Below are positions 17,589-28,614 of a stretch of DNA of 64,000 nt, in pieces (position 1 is the first letter of the stretch; each line of letters starts with the position of its first letter). A program made the translations under genes and the position numbers. The DNA is from Thermoanaerobaculia bacterium (GTDB lineage: Bacteria > Acidobacteriota > Thermoanaerobaculia > Multivoradales > Multivoraceae): NCBI GenBank assembly GCA_965116955.1, contig OZ220742.1, positions 2,703,516 to 2,767,515 of the forward strand, written 5' to 3'. The notes below the pieces were generated by a model that saw only the letters and a list, made by a program, of their open reading frames with translations, was not told the origin of the DNA and ran no database searches.

Positions 17589-18002
17589 TCAGTCGGCCAG
17601 CAGATAGTCGCTCGCGGTCCGAATGGCAATGCCGCGAAACGGGTTCAGTACCAGGAGATCCGTGTCACCCGTCAGAATCAGGCCCGCGTCCCCGCTCAGG
17701 GCTAGCTCAAGAAACTTGTCGTCGCTGGCATCCCGGGATGCTCGAACGACGTGCTGGACGGCGACCACCTCGACAGTCCCCAGCAGCCGGCGAACGTACT
17801 TCCGGCGCTGTTCGACGCTGACGTAGCGGTCAAGTTTCCGTCGGCTCAGAACGTCCGACAGTTCGTCGAGGGTTGCCCGGGAAGCGAGGACGACTCCCTC
17901 TCGCTCCGCCTTCCGCACCGCCTGGCCGGGAACCGAGTCGGGAAGCAGGAGCCGGCTGACGAGGAGGTTCGTGTCAACGACGATCCGTTTCGCCGTCGCC
18001 AT
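17589..18002 (-). CDS. vapC: PIN-domain toxin (VapC-like) of a type II toxin-antitoxin pair.
   Basis: The 137 aa protein starts with the PIN acidic residues (IVVDTNLLVS) and ends with a second acidic cluster (LILTGDTDLLVL). The upstream antitoxin overlaps it. Confidence 0.8.
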   Translation of the reverse strand: MATAKRIVVDTNLLVSRLLLPDSVPGQAVRKAEREGVVLASRATLDELSDVLSRRKLDRYVSVEQRRKYVRRLLGTVEVVAVQHVVRASRDASDDKFLELALSGDAGLILTGDTDLLVLNPFRGIAIRTASDYLLAD

Positions 18003-18243
18003 CGTCCAGGATCTCGGCGAGTTTCTCCTCGGTCAGCCCTCGCTCGGCGGCCTGGGCCCCGATGCGTTGGCAGTACTCTTCGAGTTCCCGCAGGTTCAGC
18101 GCCCGCAGCCGCTCGTAGTCTCGCGGCGACAGCACCACGGCCACTTCGCGTTTCTGCCGCCGGACCATGATGGGTTCGTGCTGAGCCGCGTCGAGGATCG
18201 CGGCGAATCTCTGCTTGGCTTCGGTTGCGCTGACGGTTCGCAC
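17974..18243 (-). CDS. Phd/YefM-family antitoxin partnered with the PIN toxin.
   Basis: A GTG start is preceded by AAGGAGGGG 6 nt upstream. The N-terminus VRTVSATEAKQRFAAILDAAQHEPIMVRRQKREVAVVLSPRDYERL matches the Phd/YefM fold consensus. Confidence 0.75.
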   Translation of the reverse strand: MRTVSATEAKQRFAAILDAAQHEPIMVRRQKREVAVVLSPRDYERLRALNLRELEEYCQRIGAQAAERGLTEEKLAEILDDGDGETDRR

Positions 18244-18281
18244 GGTCGCCCCTCCTTTCGCTACGGGAGAATAGTCCGAAA

Positions 18282-18305
18282 TGGACAGTTTGTCCAAATT
18301 GTCCA
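18282..18305. promoter_or_regulatory. Candidate operator of the phd-vapC operon: TGGACA-N3-TGTCCA-N3-TGTCCA repeats in a locally AT-richer promoter region.
   Basis: The sequence reads tggacagtttgtccaaattgtcca, 40-60 nt upstream of the antitoxin start. Toxin-antitoxin operons are typically autoregulated through such palindromes. Confidence 0.3.
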
Positions 18306-18407
18306 CTCCCGGAATCTCAGGCTGGACGCCCTCATCACGCAGCTGGCTGTCGGTGCGCCGGCCTTCTGGCCGGTATCCCGCGCGAAGCGCGGTTCCGGAG
18401 CAAGCCC

Positions 18408-19910
<1,503 letters not shown>

Positions 19911-19953
19911 CAGCGCGGCAAACGAGGGATTCCAACGACTGGATGGGCCGACG

Positions 19954-21186
19954 ATGACATCGAAGCGTTCGTACCCCGTACTCGGCTGCGTGGCAGCCCT
20001 TGCTTTGCTCCTCGCCGCCTGCGGTGGCGGCGGCTACGGCGGCGGCGACGAGACCGCCGGCGACGGGCCGATGGCGCCGCGCTTCGAGGTCGATCCCTTC
20101 TGGCCGCAGCCGCTGCCGAACCACTGGATCCTCGGTCCGGCGATCGGGGTCACGGTCGACTCCCGCGACCACGTCTGGATCGTTCACCGGAACACGCCGG
20201 GCGCTTTCGGTGCGATCAACGAGATCGGCGCCGCGCAGGATCCGCCGCTCTCCGAGTGCTGCATTCCGGCGCCGCCGGTGCTGGAGTTCGATCCGGACGG
20301 CAACCTGGTCGGCCACTGGGGAGGGCCGAGCGAGACCGGCGAGTACGAGTGGCCGGCTTCGAACCACGGCATCCTCGTCGATCACATGGACAACGTGTGG
20401 ATCGGCGGCAACGGCGGCGGCGACTCCCACACGCTGAAGTTCACCCGCGACGGCCAGTTCCTGATGCAGGTGGGCAAGGCGAACGCCCTCGTCAACGAGG
20501 GCGCCGAGCCGCGCTTCGTGCGGAACAGCCACGACATGGAGAACTTCGGCCGGGTGGCGAAGCTGTCGGTCGACCCGGAGGCGAACGAGATCTACGTCGC
20601 CGACGGCTACTTCAACCGCCGGGTCGTCGTGATCGACGCCGACACCGGCGAGTTCAAGCGCTACTGGGGCGCCTACGGCGAGGCCCCGGACGACGAACTG
20701 GACCTCGGGCAGTACGTCCCCGGCGATCCGCCGGCGACGCAGTTCCGCGGTCCGATCCACTGCGCCGACATCTCCGCCGACGGCCTGCTCTACGTCTGTG
20801 ACCGCGCCGCCGACCGCATCCAGGTGTTCCAGGCCGACGGCACCTTCGTGAACGAGGTCTTCATCGCGCCCGAGACCCTGTCTCAGGGCTCGACCTGGGA
20901 TGTCGCCTTCTCGCCGGACGAGGAGCAGAAGTTCCTCTACCTGGCCGATGGCCAGAACATGAAGGTCTACGTGATCGAGCGCGCGAGCATGGAGGTGCTC
21001 TACGCCTTCGGCGACGGCGGCCGGCAGCCCGGCCAGTTCTTCGCCGTCCACAGCATCGCCACCGACTCGAAGGGCAACATCTACACGACCGAGACCTACG
21101 AGGGGAAGCGGCTGCAGAAGTTCGTCAACCTGGGGATGCGGCCCGTGCCGGAGGAGGACCTGGGGACTCCCTGGCCTTCGGACTAA
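19954..21186 (+). CDS. NHL-repeat six-bladed beta-propeller lipoprotein, similar to peptidyl-alpha-hydroxyglycine alpha-amidating lyase (PAL) by fold type.
   Basis: The lipobox is LLLAAC. Repeated NHL-type blades appear as DHVWIV, DNVWIGG, NEIYVADG and DGLLYVCD. The 410 aa protein is Gly-rich at its N-terminus. Confidence 0.7.
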   Translation: MTSKRSYPVLGCVAALALLLAACGGGGYGGGDETAGDGPMAPRFEVDPFWPQPLPNHWILGPAIGVTVDSRDHVWIVHRNTPGAFGAINEIGAAQDPPLSECCIPAPPVLEFDPDGNLVGHWGGPSETGEYEWPASNHGILVDHMDNVWIGGNGGGDSHTLKFTRDGQFLMQVGKANALVNEGAEPRFVRNSHDMENFGRVAKLSVDPEANEIYVADGYFNRRVVVIDADTGEFKRYWGAYGEAPDDELDLGQYVPGDPPATQFRGPIHCADISADGLLYVCDRAADRIQVFQADGTFVNEVFIAPETLSQGSTWDVAFSPDEEQKFLYLADGQNMKVYVIERASMEVLYAFGDGGRQPGQFFAVHSIATDSKGNIYTTETYEGKRLQKFVNLGMRPVPEEDLGTPWPSD

Positions 21187-23228
21187 CCCGGGAGCCGGTA
21201 CGCGATCAGCTCGAACGGCTCGCCGCGGCCGCCGATGGAGACGACGAGGTACTGCACGCCGCGGTGCAGGTAGGTGATCGGACTGCCGTCGGAGTGGGCC
21301 GGCAGTTCAACCTCGGCGGCCAGCTCGCCCGTCGCCTTGTCGAAGGCCCTTAGAGCCGGCACGGTGTAGCGCCAGTCTTCGCGCGCCGCCGACCGCGGAT
21401 CGGTCCAGGCCAGACCGCCGGTGACTTCCTCGGGCTGTTCGGACCACTCCCGCTCCGCCTTCGCTTCCTGGGAGCGGAAGGAGCGCGAGTGACCTGAGCT
21501 GACGATCAGGAGTGTCTTCGTGACCAGGGCGTGGCCGCGGACCCCTGAGCCCAGGAGCGGCAGGTCGAGGCCGGCAAGCTTCGGGTGTCGCCGCGGCCCC
21601 TCGCCGAGCGGAACCTGCCAGGCGATGTCGCCGCGGCTCATGTCGTAGGCGGTGACCCGCGAGTACGGCGGCTTCGAGATCGGCAGGTCGAAGGGGCCGT
21701 GGAAGCCTGACACTCTGGCCACGAAGTCGAAGGACGAGCGGTTCGGGTCGGGACGTCTGAGCGTGATCAGGATCGGCGCCGTGAAGGACGGCACGTAGAG
21801 CCTTCCCGTGTCCGGGTCGAAGGCGCCGCCGGGCCAGCTCGCTCCGCCTTCGAAGCCGGGCATGGCGACGGTGCCGCGCTCACTGGGCGGCGTGTAGATC
21901 GGGCCGTACTGGTGCGAGGTCAGGATGCGTTCCGCCTCGGCGCGGATCTCGGGGGTGAAGTCGATGACGTCGGCGAGCTGCATGCCCTGGCGATCGAACG
22001 GCGGCGGCTTGGTGGGGAAGGGCTGCGTGGCCGAGGTCTGCTCGCCGGGGATGCCGGTCTGGGGGACCTGCCGCTCCTCGATCGGCCAGAGGGGTTCGCC
22101 GGTCTCCCGGTCGAAGACGTAGAGGAACGCCTGTTTGCTGGGCAGCATCGCGGCCTTGACGGTGCGCCCGTCGACGACGACGTCGCCCAGTACCGCCGGA
22201 GCGGCGAAGTCGTAGTCCCAGAGACCGTGGTGGACGGCCTGGAAGTGCCAGCGGCGCTCGCCCGTTTCGCAGTCGACGGCGACCAGGCTCTCGGCGTACA
22301 GGTTGTCGCCGCGGCGGTGACCGCCGTACCAGTCGTTCGTCGGCGTGCTGGTCGGCAGGTAGGCGAGGCCGAGTTCCTCGTCGGCGCTCATCAGGCCCCA
22401 GACGTTCGCGCCGCCGGTGATCCGCCAGGACTCGTCCTCCCAGGTGTCCGTGCCGAGCTCACCCTCCTGGGGCACGGTGTGGAAGGTCCAGAGCTGACGG
22501 CCCGTGCGCACGTCGAAGCCCCGCACGTCGCCCGGCGGTCCGTCGTCGGGGCCGAGCGGCCCGTCCGAGATGGACGAGCCGACGATCGCGACGTCGCGGC
22601 AGATGGTCGCCGGCGAGCTGACGGTGTACTTGCGGCGTTCGACGGCCCGGTGCAGGCCGGCGGTCAGATCGACGCCGCCGTGGTTGCCGAAGGAGCGCAC
22701 CGCCGTGCCTTCGTCGGCGTAGATGGCGCGCAGGATGGCGTCCGTGCTGGCGTAGATGAGACGGCCGGGGGCCTCGGGGCGCTCGGGATCGCGCCAGAAG
22801 CTGGGTCCCTTGTGGGTGAAGCCGTGGTTCGTGGGCCGGCCGTGGCCGTAGCTTTGCGGATCGTGCTGCCAGACCGTTGCGCCCGTTGCCGGATCCACGG
22901 CGGCGGCGATGCCGTAGCCCGTGACGACGTAGAGCCGGTCGCCGATCTTGATCGGCGTCGTGACGTGGGTGCGCTGCTTCATCGATGGGTCTTCGAAGCG
23001 CGGGTCGTTCGCCATCAGGTCGTTGTCCGGCAGCCGCCAGCGCCAGACCGGTTCGAGGCGTGCGAAGTTGCCGGCGTCGATCTGGTCGAGCGCGGCGTAG
23101 CGGCCGGCGTCGTTGCCGCCGGTGATGGTCGGCCAGTCGGTGTCCTGCGCCCAAGCCTGGGTAAGGCCTGGCAGTAGAAGTGCGGCGCCAAGGAGCGCCG
23201 CCGGTGCCGGCTGAGCCCCGCCGGACAT
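21183..23228 (-). CDS. PQQ-dependent dehydrogenase (quinoprotein, glucose/alcohol dehydrogenase family), secreted.
   Basis: The 681 aa protein has a signal peptide and repeated W-containing PQQ beta-propeller motifs (GATVWQHD, RQLWTF, RRWHFQ, EPLWPIE, DIAWQVPLG). Its stop overlaps the stop of the convergent NHL gene. Confidence 0.8.
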   Translation of the reverse strand: MSGGAQPAPAALLGAALLLPGLTQAWAQDTDWPTITGGNDAGRYAALDQIDAGNFARLEPVWRWRLPDNDLMANDPRFEDPSMKQRTHVTTPIKIGDRLYVVTGYGIAAAVDPATGATVWQHDPQSYGHGRPTNHGFTHKGPSFWRDPERPEAPGRLIYASTDAILRAIYADEGTAVRSFGNHGGVDLTAGLHRAVERRKYTVSSPATICRDVAIVGSSISDGPLGPDDGPPGDVRGFDVRTGRQLWTFHTVPQEGELGTDTWEDESWRITGGANVWGLMSADEELGLAYLPTSTPTNDWYGGHRRGDNLYAESLVAVDCETGERRWHFQAVHHGLWDYDFAAPAVLGDVVVDGRTVKAAMLPSKQAFLYVFDRETGEPLWPIEERQVPQTGIPGEQTSATQPFPTKPPPFDRQGMQLADVIDFTPEIRAEAERILTSHQYGPIYTPPSERGTVAMPGFEGGASWPGGAFDPDTGRLYVPSFTAPILITLRRPDPNRSSFDFVARVSGFHGPFDLPISKPPYSRVTAYDMSRGDIAWQVPLGEGPRRHPKLAGLDLPLLGSGVRGHALVTKTLLIVSSGHSRSFRSQEAKAEREWSEQPEEVTGGLAWTDPRSAAREDWRYTVPALRAFDKATGELAAEVELPAHSDGSPITYLHRGVQYLVVSIGGRGEPFELIAYRLPG

Positions 23229-23233
23229 CCGCG

Positions 23234-24160
23234 TCAGTCGAAGGCGGGGATGATCTCTTCCGCGACCATCTGGTAGTGGTCGAGGCGGTGCGTCGGGATG
23301 CCGCCGATCATGATCTCGTGGGCGCCGGCGTCGATCATCTCGCCGATCCGGTCGATGACGTAGCTCTTCGGGCCGGCCGCCGTGCCTTCGCCGAGGCCGC
23401 GGGCGTCGACGAAGCGTTTGGCGGCGGCCTCGTCGTCCGTCACGAAGGTGGGCATCAGCACGGTGTGCCGGATTTCGGCGGGGTCGCGGCCGGCGTCCTC
23501 GCAGTGCCGGTTGACGACGGAGACCTTGTGCCGGAAGTACTCGCGGGTCATCGGGCCACGCGCCCAGCCGTCGAGGTTCATCACGTCGCCGTGACGCGCC
23601 AGCGTGCGCAGCGTCCGCTTCTCGCCCGTGCCGCCGATCAGGATCGGGATGGGCGCGTCGTAGCAGCCGGGCGAGAGCGGCGCGGAATCGAGCTCGTAGT
23701 ACTCGCCCTCGAAGTCGACCGGCCCGCCGGATCGGAACAGGGCCCGGATCAGTTCGACCGCCTCCTCGAAGCGATCCTGGCGCTCCTTCATCGACGGGAA
23801 CGTCCAGCCGTAGGCCTCGTGCTCCCGCTTGAACCAGGCCGCGCCGATGCCGAGCACGAAGCGGCCGTGGGAGATGTGGTCCAGGGTGCCGGCCATCTTG
23901 GCGACCAGGCCGGGATTCCGGTACGTGTTGCCGAGAACCAGGTGGCCGATCTTCAGGTTCTTCGTGATACTGGCGGTCGCGGCGGCGACGGTGAAGGCCT
24001 CCTGCGCCGCGAGGTGTTCTTCTTCCTTGATGCCTGGCGGCGGCAGGTAGTGGTCGGCGTACCAGATGCTGTCCCAGGGACCCTGGTCGAGCAGCTCGGC
24101 TACCTCCCGAACGCTGTCCCAGGTGTTGCGGTAGACGGTGACCTGTGCGCCGAACTTCAT
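23234..24160 (-). CDS. LLM-class (luciferase-like) F420/flavin-dependent oxidoreductase.
   Basis: The 308 aa protein opens MKFGAQV.., with GIGAAWF and ILIGGTGEKRTLRTLARHGDVMN typical of the LLM family. A GAGGGAG SD is present. Confidence 0.8.
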   Translation of the reverse strand: MKFGAQVTVYRNTWDSVREVAELLDQGPWDSIWYADHYLPPPGIKEEEHLAAQEAFTVAAATASITKNLKIGHLVLGNTYRNPGLVAKMAGTLDHISHGRFVLGIGAAWFKREHEAYGWTFPSMKERQDRFEEAVELIRALFRSGGPVDFEGEYYELDSAPLSPGCYDAPIPILIGGTGEKRTLRTLARHGDVMNLDGWARGPMTREYFRHKVSVVNRHCEDAGRDPAEIRHTVLMPTFVTDDEAAAKRFVDARGLGEGTAAGPKSYVIDRIGEMIDAGAHEIMIGGIPTHRLDHYQMVAEEIIPAFD

Positions 24161-24173
24161 TTCCTGATCTCCC

Positions 24174-25148
24174 TCAAGAGCGCTGCATGACCATCTTGCC
24201 GATGATCTTGCGGTCCATCATGTCGCGAAGCGCCTGCGGCACCTCTTCCAGGGGGTACCGGCGCGAGATGTACGGCTGGATCTTTCCGGAGGCGGCGAGG
24301 GCTTCCGTTTCGACCCGGGTCGCCTCGAAGATCTCCGGCTCGCGCATCCTGGAGGCGCCCCAGAACACACCGACGACGTCGCAGCCCTTGAGCAGAGTGA
24401 GATTGAGCGGCATGCGCGGAATGCCGGCGGTGAAGCCGATCACAAGGAACCGGCCGCGCCAGTTGGTGGCGCGTAGCGCCGCCTCGGCGTAGTCGCCGCC
24501 GACCGCGTCGTAGACGACGTCTACGCCCTTGCCGTCCGTCAGCTCCTTGGCGCGGTTCTTCAGGTCCTCTTCGGCGTAGTTGATCGTCTCATCGGCGCCG
24601 CGTTCGCGGCAGAGCGCCAGTTTCTCCTCGCTCGAGGCGGCGGCGATCACGCGCGCGCCCATCACTTTGCCCAGCTCCAGGGCGGCAAGGCCGACGCCGC
24701 CGGCGGCACCGAGCACGAGAAGCGTCTCGCCCGGCTTCAGGTTGCCCCGGTACTTCAGCGCGTAGTGGCCGGTGCCGTAGGCGTAGCCGTACCCCGTGGC
24801 CTCGGCGTGGCCGAGCCCCGGCGGCAGCTTGCGCACCTGCGACGCCTTGAGCAGCACCTGCTCGGCGAAACCGCCGGTGCCGCCGCCGCCGACCACGTCG
24901 TCACCGACTGCGAGGCCGTTCACATCCGGCCCGACGGCGGCGATCCTGCCGCCGACCTCACCGCCGACGACGAAGGGCGGCTCTCCCCGGAACTGGTAAC
25001 GGTTCTCGATGATCAGGGTGTCGGGCCAGGTAATCGCTGCTGCCTGGATGTCGACGACGACTTCGCCCGGTCCCGGGGCCGGATCGGGAAGTTCCTCGAT
25101 CGTCAGGTTCTCCGGGGGGCCGAATGCGCTGCATACAACTGCCTTCAT
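24174..25148 (-). CDS. NADPH:quinone oxidoreductase / zinc-type MDR alcohol dehydrogenase family.
   Basis: An internal Met MKAVVCSAFGPPENL.. begins the MDR fold, with a Rossmann motif LVLGAAGGVGLAALELGK. The ORF track's 618 aa version carries an implausible Arg/Gly-rich N-extension. Confidence 0.8.
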   Translation of the reverse strand: MKAVVCSAFGPPENLTIEELPDPAPGPGEVVVDIQAAAITWPDTLIIENRYQFRGEPPFVVGGEVGGRIAAVGPDVNGLAVGDDVVGGGGTGGFAEQVLLKASQVRKLPPGLGHAEATGYGYAYGTGHYALKYRGNLKPGETLLVLGAAGGVGLAALELGKVMGARVIAAASSEEKLALCRERGADETINYAEEDLKNRAKELTDGKGVDVVYDAVGGDYAEAALRATNWRGRFLVIGFTAGIPRMPLNLTLLKGCDVVGVFWGASRMREPEIFEATRVETEALAASGKIQPYISRRYPLEEVPQALRDMMDRKIIGKMVMQRS

Positions 25149-25183
25149 GGTTGCCTCTGGACGTAGTTCAGGGAAGTTCGCTG

Positions 25184-26764
25184 TCAGATCTGCCGCTCGC
25201 GGCCCTTCCAGTACGGCGCCCGGACCAGGCCCCGCTGGATCTTGCCGGTGGGCATGCGCGGCAGGTCGGTCGCGAAGTCGATGGAGCGGGGCCGCTTGAA
25301 GTCGGGCAGGTGCTCGCGGCACCAGGCCAGGAGTTCCTCGGCCAGTTCGTCGCCCGCTTCGTAGCCTTCGTCGACCTCCACGACCGACTTGACGCTTTCG
25401 CCCCACTCGTCGTGGGGAACGCCGACGGTGCAGACCTCGTAGACCGCCGGGTGCTGCTGGATCACGTCGTCGATCTCCTGGGGGTAGATGTTGACGCCGC
25501 CGGCGATGATCGTCTCCGCCGAGCGGCCGGTCAGGAACAGGTAGCCGTCCTCGTCGACGTAGCCCATGTCGCCCATCGTGAAGTAGTCGTCGCGGTAGGC
25601 GGAGGCGGTCTTGTCGGGGGCCTTGAAGTAGACGAAGCTGTTCTCGGACGCCTCGAAGTAGACCGTGCCGGTGCTTCCGCTCGGCACCGGCTCGCCGTTG
25701 TCGTCGAGCACCTTGTAGTTCGTTCCCTCCACGGTGCGGCCGACGCTGCCGGGCTTCTCGAGCCACTCCTTCGAGTCGACCCAGAAGGTGCCGCCCTCGG
25801 TGGCGGCGTAGTACTCCCATACCACGGGACCGAACCAGTCGATGACCTTGTGCTTGACCTGGACCGGCGTCGGCGCCGCGCCGTGGCAGAGCCAGCGCAT
25901 CGAGGAGACGTCGTAGCGGTCGCGGACCTCCTGAGGCAGCGCCAGCATGCGGTGGAACATCGTCGCCACCATGTGCGTGTGGGTCACGCGGTGCCTGTCG
26001 ATGAGGGCGAGCGTTTCCTCGGCATCCCACCTGTCCATCAGCACGGAGCCGACGCCGGCGCCCATCGGCATCGCCAGGTTCAGACCGAGGGGTGCGGCGT
26101 GGTAGAGCGGCCCGGTGACGAGGGAGCAGTCCGTGTCGGGCTCGAAGTCGCCCGACTCACGGACTGCCAGCAGGAACGGCGTCGGCGTCGGATCCGCCTT
26201 GCGGTACACGCCCTTGGGATGGCCGGTGGTGCCGGACGTGTAGAGCATCGGTGCGCCGAGGATCGGGTCGTCGATGTTCGAGCCGTCTTCGGCCGCCAGC
26301 GCCTCGTCGTAGGACTCGGCGCCCTCGATCTCGCCGCCGACTGCCAGTGTCAGGCGCAGGTGGCTGGAATCGGCCTGAGCCGCGGCGACGGCCGGCGCGA
26401 AGGCCGCGTCGGCGATCAGCACGAGGGCCTCGCAGTTGTCGGCGATGTAGGCGACTTCGGGCGGCGAGAGGTGCCAGTTGATCGGCGTCATGCGTCCGCC
26501 GGAGCGCTGGCAGGCAACCACGGTCTCGATGAACTCCGGCCGGTTCCGGCAAAGCAGGGCGACGCCGACGTCGGGACCGACGCCATGCGCCCGCAGCACG
26601 CGGGCCAGCCGATTGGCGTTGGCGTTCAGTTCGCCGAGGGTTCGGCCGCCGAACTTCGAGAGCACGGCCATCCGCTCGGGAGCCACATCGGCGTGCACCG
26701 CGACGCCCATGCCGTAGGGCGCTGCCGCCATGAGTCGTTCCTGTAGTTCGAGGTCGATCGCCAT
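25184..26764 (-). CDS. Acyl-CoA synthetase (AMP-binding, ANL superfamily).
   Basis: The AMP-binding motif MLYTSGTTGHPKGV is present, with YAATEGG, a hinge-Asp region and C-terminal LPRMPTGKIQR. Confidence 0.85.
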   Translation of the reverse strand: MAIDLELQERLMAAAPYGMGVAVHADVAPERMAVLSKFGGRTLGELNANANRLARVLRAHGVGPDVGVALLCRNRPEFIETVVACQRSGGRMTPINWHLSPPEVAYIADNCEALVLIADAAFAPAVAAAQADSSHLRLTLAVGGEIEGAESYDEALAAEDGSNIDDPILGAPMLYTSGTTGHPKGVYRKADPTPTPFLLAVRESGDFEPDTDCSLVTGPLYHAAPLGLNLAMPMGAGVGSVLMDRWDAEETLALIDRHRVTHTHMVATMFHRMLALPQEVRDRYDVSSMRWLCHGAAPTPVQVKHKVIDWFGPVVWEYYAATEGGTFWVDSKEWLEKPGSVGRTVEGTNYKVLDDNGEPVPSGSTGTVYFEASENSFVYFKAPDKTASAYRDDYFTMGDMGYVDEDGYLFLTGRSAETIIAGGVNIYPQEIDDVIQQHPAVYEVCTVGVPHDEWGESVKSVVEVDEGYEAGDELAEELLAWCREHLPDFKRPRSIDFATDLPRMPTGKIQRGLVRAPYWKGRERQI

Positions 26765-26851
26765 GCGGCCCTCTCCGCGGGCGCCGGAAGAGGCCGGCGT
26801 CCTGGTTTCCTTGTTTGTTGCGTTGCTCGGATCTGCTGGAAAGAGCCGAGA

Positions 26852-26869
26852 GTGTACCCATAGCTACAC
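26852..26869. promoter_or_regulatory. Palindrome GTGTA-N8-TACAC in the divergent promoter region between the acyl-CoA synthetase and acnX genes.
   Basis: Reading directly, gtgtacccatagctacac. No cognate regulator gene is adjacent. Confidence 0.2.
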
Positions 26870-26878
26870 TGACTGCCC

Positions 26879-28195
26879 ATGGCCGCCGCGAACATGCCCG
26901 AGACGGTCGAGTTGACCGACCGTGACCGGGCCATGCTCGCGGGCGAGTGCGGTCAAGCCGCGGCGGTCGCGATGCGCATCCTGGCCACGATGGCCGGCGT
27001 CTACGGCGCGGAGCGGCTGCTCGACATCGAGGGCGCCCACATCGACGGTTGCCTCTACCACGGCGACTCGGGCGTCGACTTCGCGGAGCTTCTCGTCGCC
27101 GGTGGAGCGCGGGTTCGAGTACCGACGACATTGAACGTCGGCGGCCTCGATCTGCTGCACCCGGAGGAGTTCTCCGGCACGGCGGAACGTCGGGCGAAGG
27201 CGCTGCGACTGATGGAGTGCTACGAGGAGATGGGTTGCCGGACGATCTGGACCTGCGCGCCTTACCAGACGACGCCGCGGCCCGCGTTCGGGCAGCAGGT
27301 GGCCTGGGCGGAGAGCAACGCGATCGTGTTCGCGAACTCGGTGCTCGGTGCGCGCACCCACCGCTACGGCGACTTCATCGACATCTGCGCCGCGATCACC
27401 GGACGGGCGCCGGCGGGAGGGCTCCACCTGGAGGAGAACCGGCGCGGGCAGGTCGTGTTCGACCTGCGCTCGTTGCCGCCGGCTCTCCGGAGCGCGTCCT
27501 GGCTGCTGCCGGCGATCGGCTATCTGGTGGGGGAGCGCTGCGGCAACCGGATTCCCGTGCTGCTCGGCCTGGAGCAGGCGGACGAGGACGGCCTGAAGGC
27601 GCTGGGGGCGGCCGCGGCTTCTTCGGGTGCGGTCGCCCTGTTCCACGCGGTTGGCATCACACCCGAGGCACCGACGCTGGAGGCGGCGCTCGGCGGCGGG
27701 GAAGCCGAAGAGTGGGTCGATGTCACCGTGGATGATCTGCACGCAGGGCTGCGCAGTCTGTCGACGGTCCCCGCGGCTGCGGCTTCGAGTCCCGGCGCCG
27801 GCGGAGACCTGGCGATCGATGTCGTGGCCCTGGGCAGCCCCCACTTCTCACCGCGCGAGTTCGCTGAACTGCTGCCGCTCGTCGAGCGCCATCCGCCGGC
27901 CGGGAGCGTCGAGTTCGTCGTCTGCACGAATCGCGTTTCGCTCGGCTTCCTGGAGGGGCAAGGGGCTCTCGGGCGGCTGCGCAACCTCGGAGTCCGCGTG
28001 GTGGTCGACACCTGCGTCGTCGTGGCTCCGATCCTGCGTTCTCCGGCGGGCGGCGTGCTGATGACGAACTCCGGCAAGTTCGCCCACTACGCGCCAGGCA
28101 ATGTCGGCTTCGACGTCGTCTTCGGCAGTCTGGCCGAGTGTGTTCGCTCGGCGCATCGCGGCCGGCTGTGCCGTGATCCGGCGTTGTGGCCATGA
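26879..28195 (+). CDS. Aconitase X large (catalytic, DUF521) subunit of a two-subunit AcnX type IIa enzyme, probably a hydroxyproline-type dehydratase.
   Basis: The 438 aa protein has AcnX/DUF521-like segments CTYHGDSG, WAESNAIVFANSVLGARTH and VVDTCVVVAPI. It is followed by a DUF126 small subunit with an ATGA overlap. Confidence 0.75.
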   Translation: MAAANMPETVELTDRDRAMLAGECGQAAAVAMRILATMAGVYGAERLLDIEGAHIDGCLYHGDSGVDFAELLVAGGARVRVPTTLNVGGLDLLHPEEFSGTAERRAKALRLMECYEEMGCRTIWTCAPYQTTPRPAFGQQVAWAESNAIVFANSVLGARTHRYGDFIDICAAITGRAPAGGLHLEENRRGQVVFDLRSLPPALRSASWLLPAIGYLVGERCGNRIPVLLGLEQADEDGLKALGAAAASSGAVALFHAVGITPEAPTLEAALGGGEAEEWVDVTVDDLHAGLRSLSTVPAAAASSPGAGGDLAIDVVALGSPHFSPREFAELLPLVERHPPAGSVEFVVCTNRVSLGFLEGQGALGRLRNLGVRVVVDTCVVVAPILRSPAGGVLMTNSGKFAHYAPGNVGFDVVFGSLAECVRSAHRGRLCRDPALWP

Positions 28196-28614
28196 GCGTC
28201 GTGGAACTCGAGGGCCGGGCCCTGGTCGCCGGTGCCGGTGCCGGCGCTGCGCTGCGGCTCGAGGAGCCGCTGTCGTTCTGGGGCGGCGTCGATCCGGTGA
28301 CGGGGACGATCATCGACCGGAGGCATCCGCGCTGTGGCGAGAGCGTCTCCGGCCGCGTCCTCGTGATGCCCTACGGGCGGGGGTCGAGCAGTTCGAGTTC
28401 GGTTCTGCTCGAGGGTGTACGTCTCGGTACGGCGCCGGCGGCCGTGGTGCTGCGGGAGCTCGACGGCATTCTGGCGCTGGGCGCCGCTGTGGCCCGGGAG
28501 CTTTACGAGCGGTCGCCGCCGGTGGTCCTTCTCGAAGCGGCGGACTGGGAGGCTCTGCCGGAAGGAGCAGGGGCCTCGGTCGACGTCAGCGGCCGCCTGC
28601 GGATCGCAGGCTGA
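28192..28614 (+). CDS. Aconitase X small (swivel, DUF126) subunit.
   Basis: DUF126 signature PLSFWGGVDPVTGTIIDRRHP..GRVLVMPYGRGSSSSSSVL. Its start overlaps the large-subunit stop. Confidence 0.75.
   Translation: MSVVELEGRALVAGAGAGAALRLEEPLSFWGGVDPVTGTIIDRRHPRCGESVSGRVLVMPYGRGSSSSSSVLLEGVRLGTAPAAVVLRELDGILALGAAVARELYERSPPVVLLEAADWEALPEGAGASVDVSGRLRIAG

Noticed and set aside
24174-26030. 618 aa and 766 aa (43023..45323) long ORF versions of the quinone-oxidoreductase and aminotransferase genes.
   Set aside because: The N-terminal extensions are implausible Arg/Gly-rich sequence overlapping neighbouring genes. Both were trimmed to internal Met starts where homology begins.
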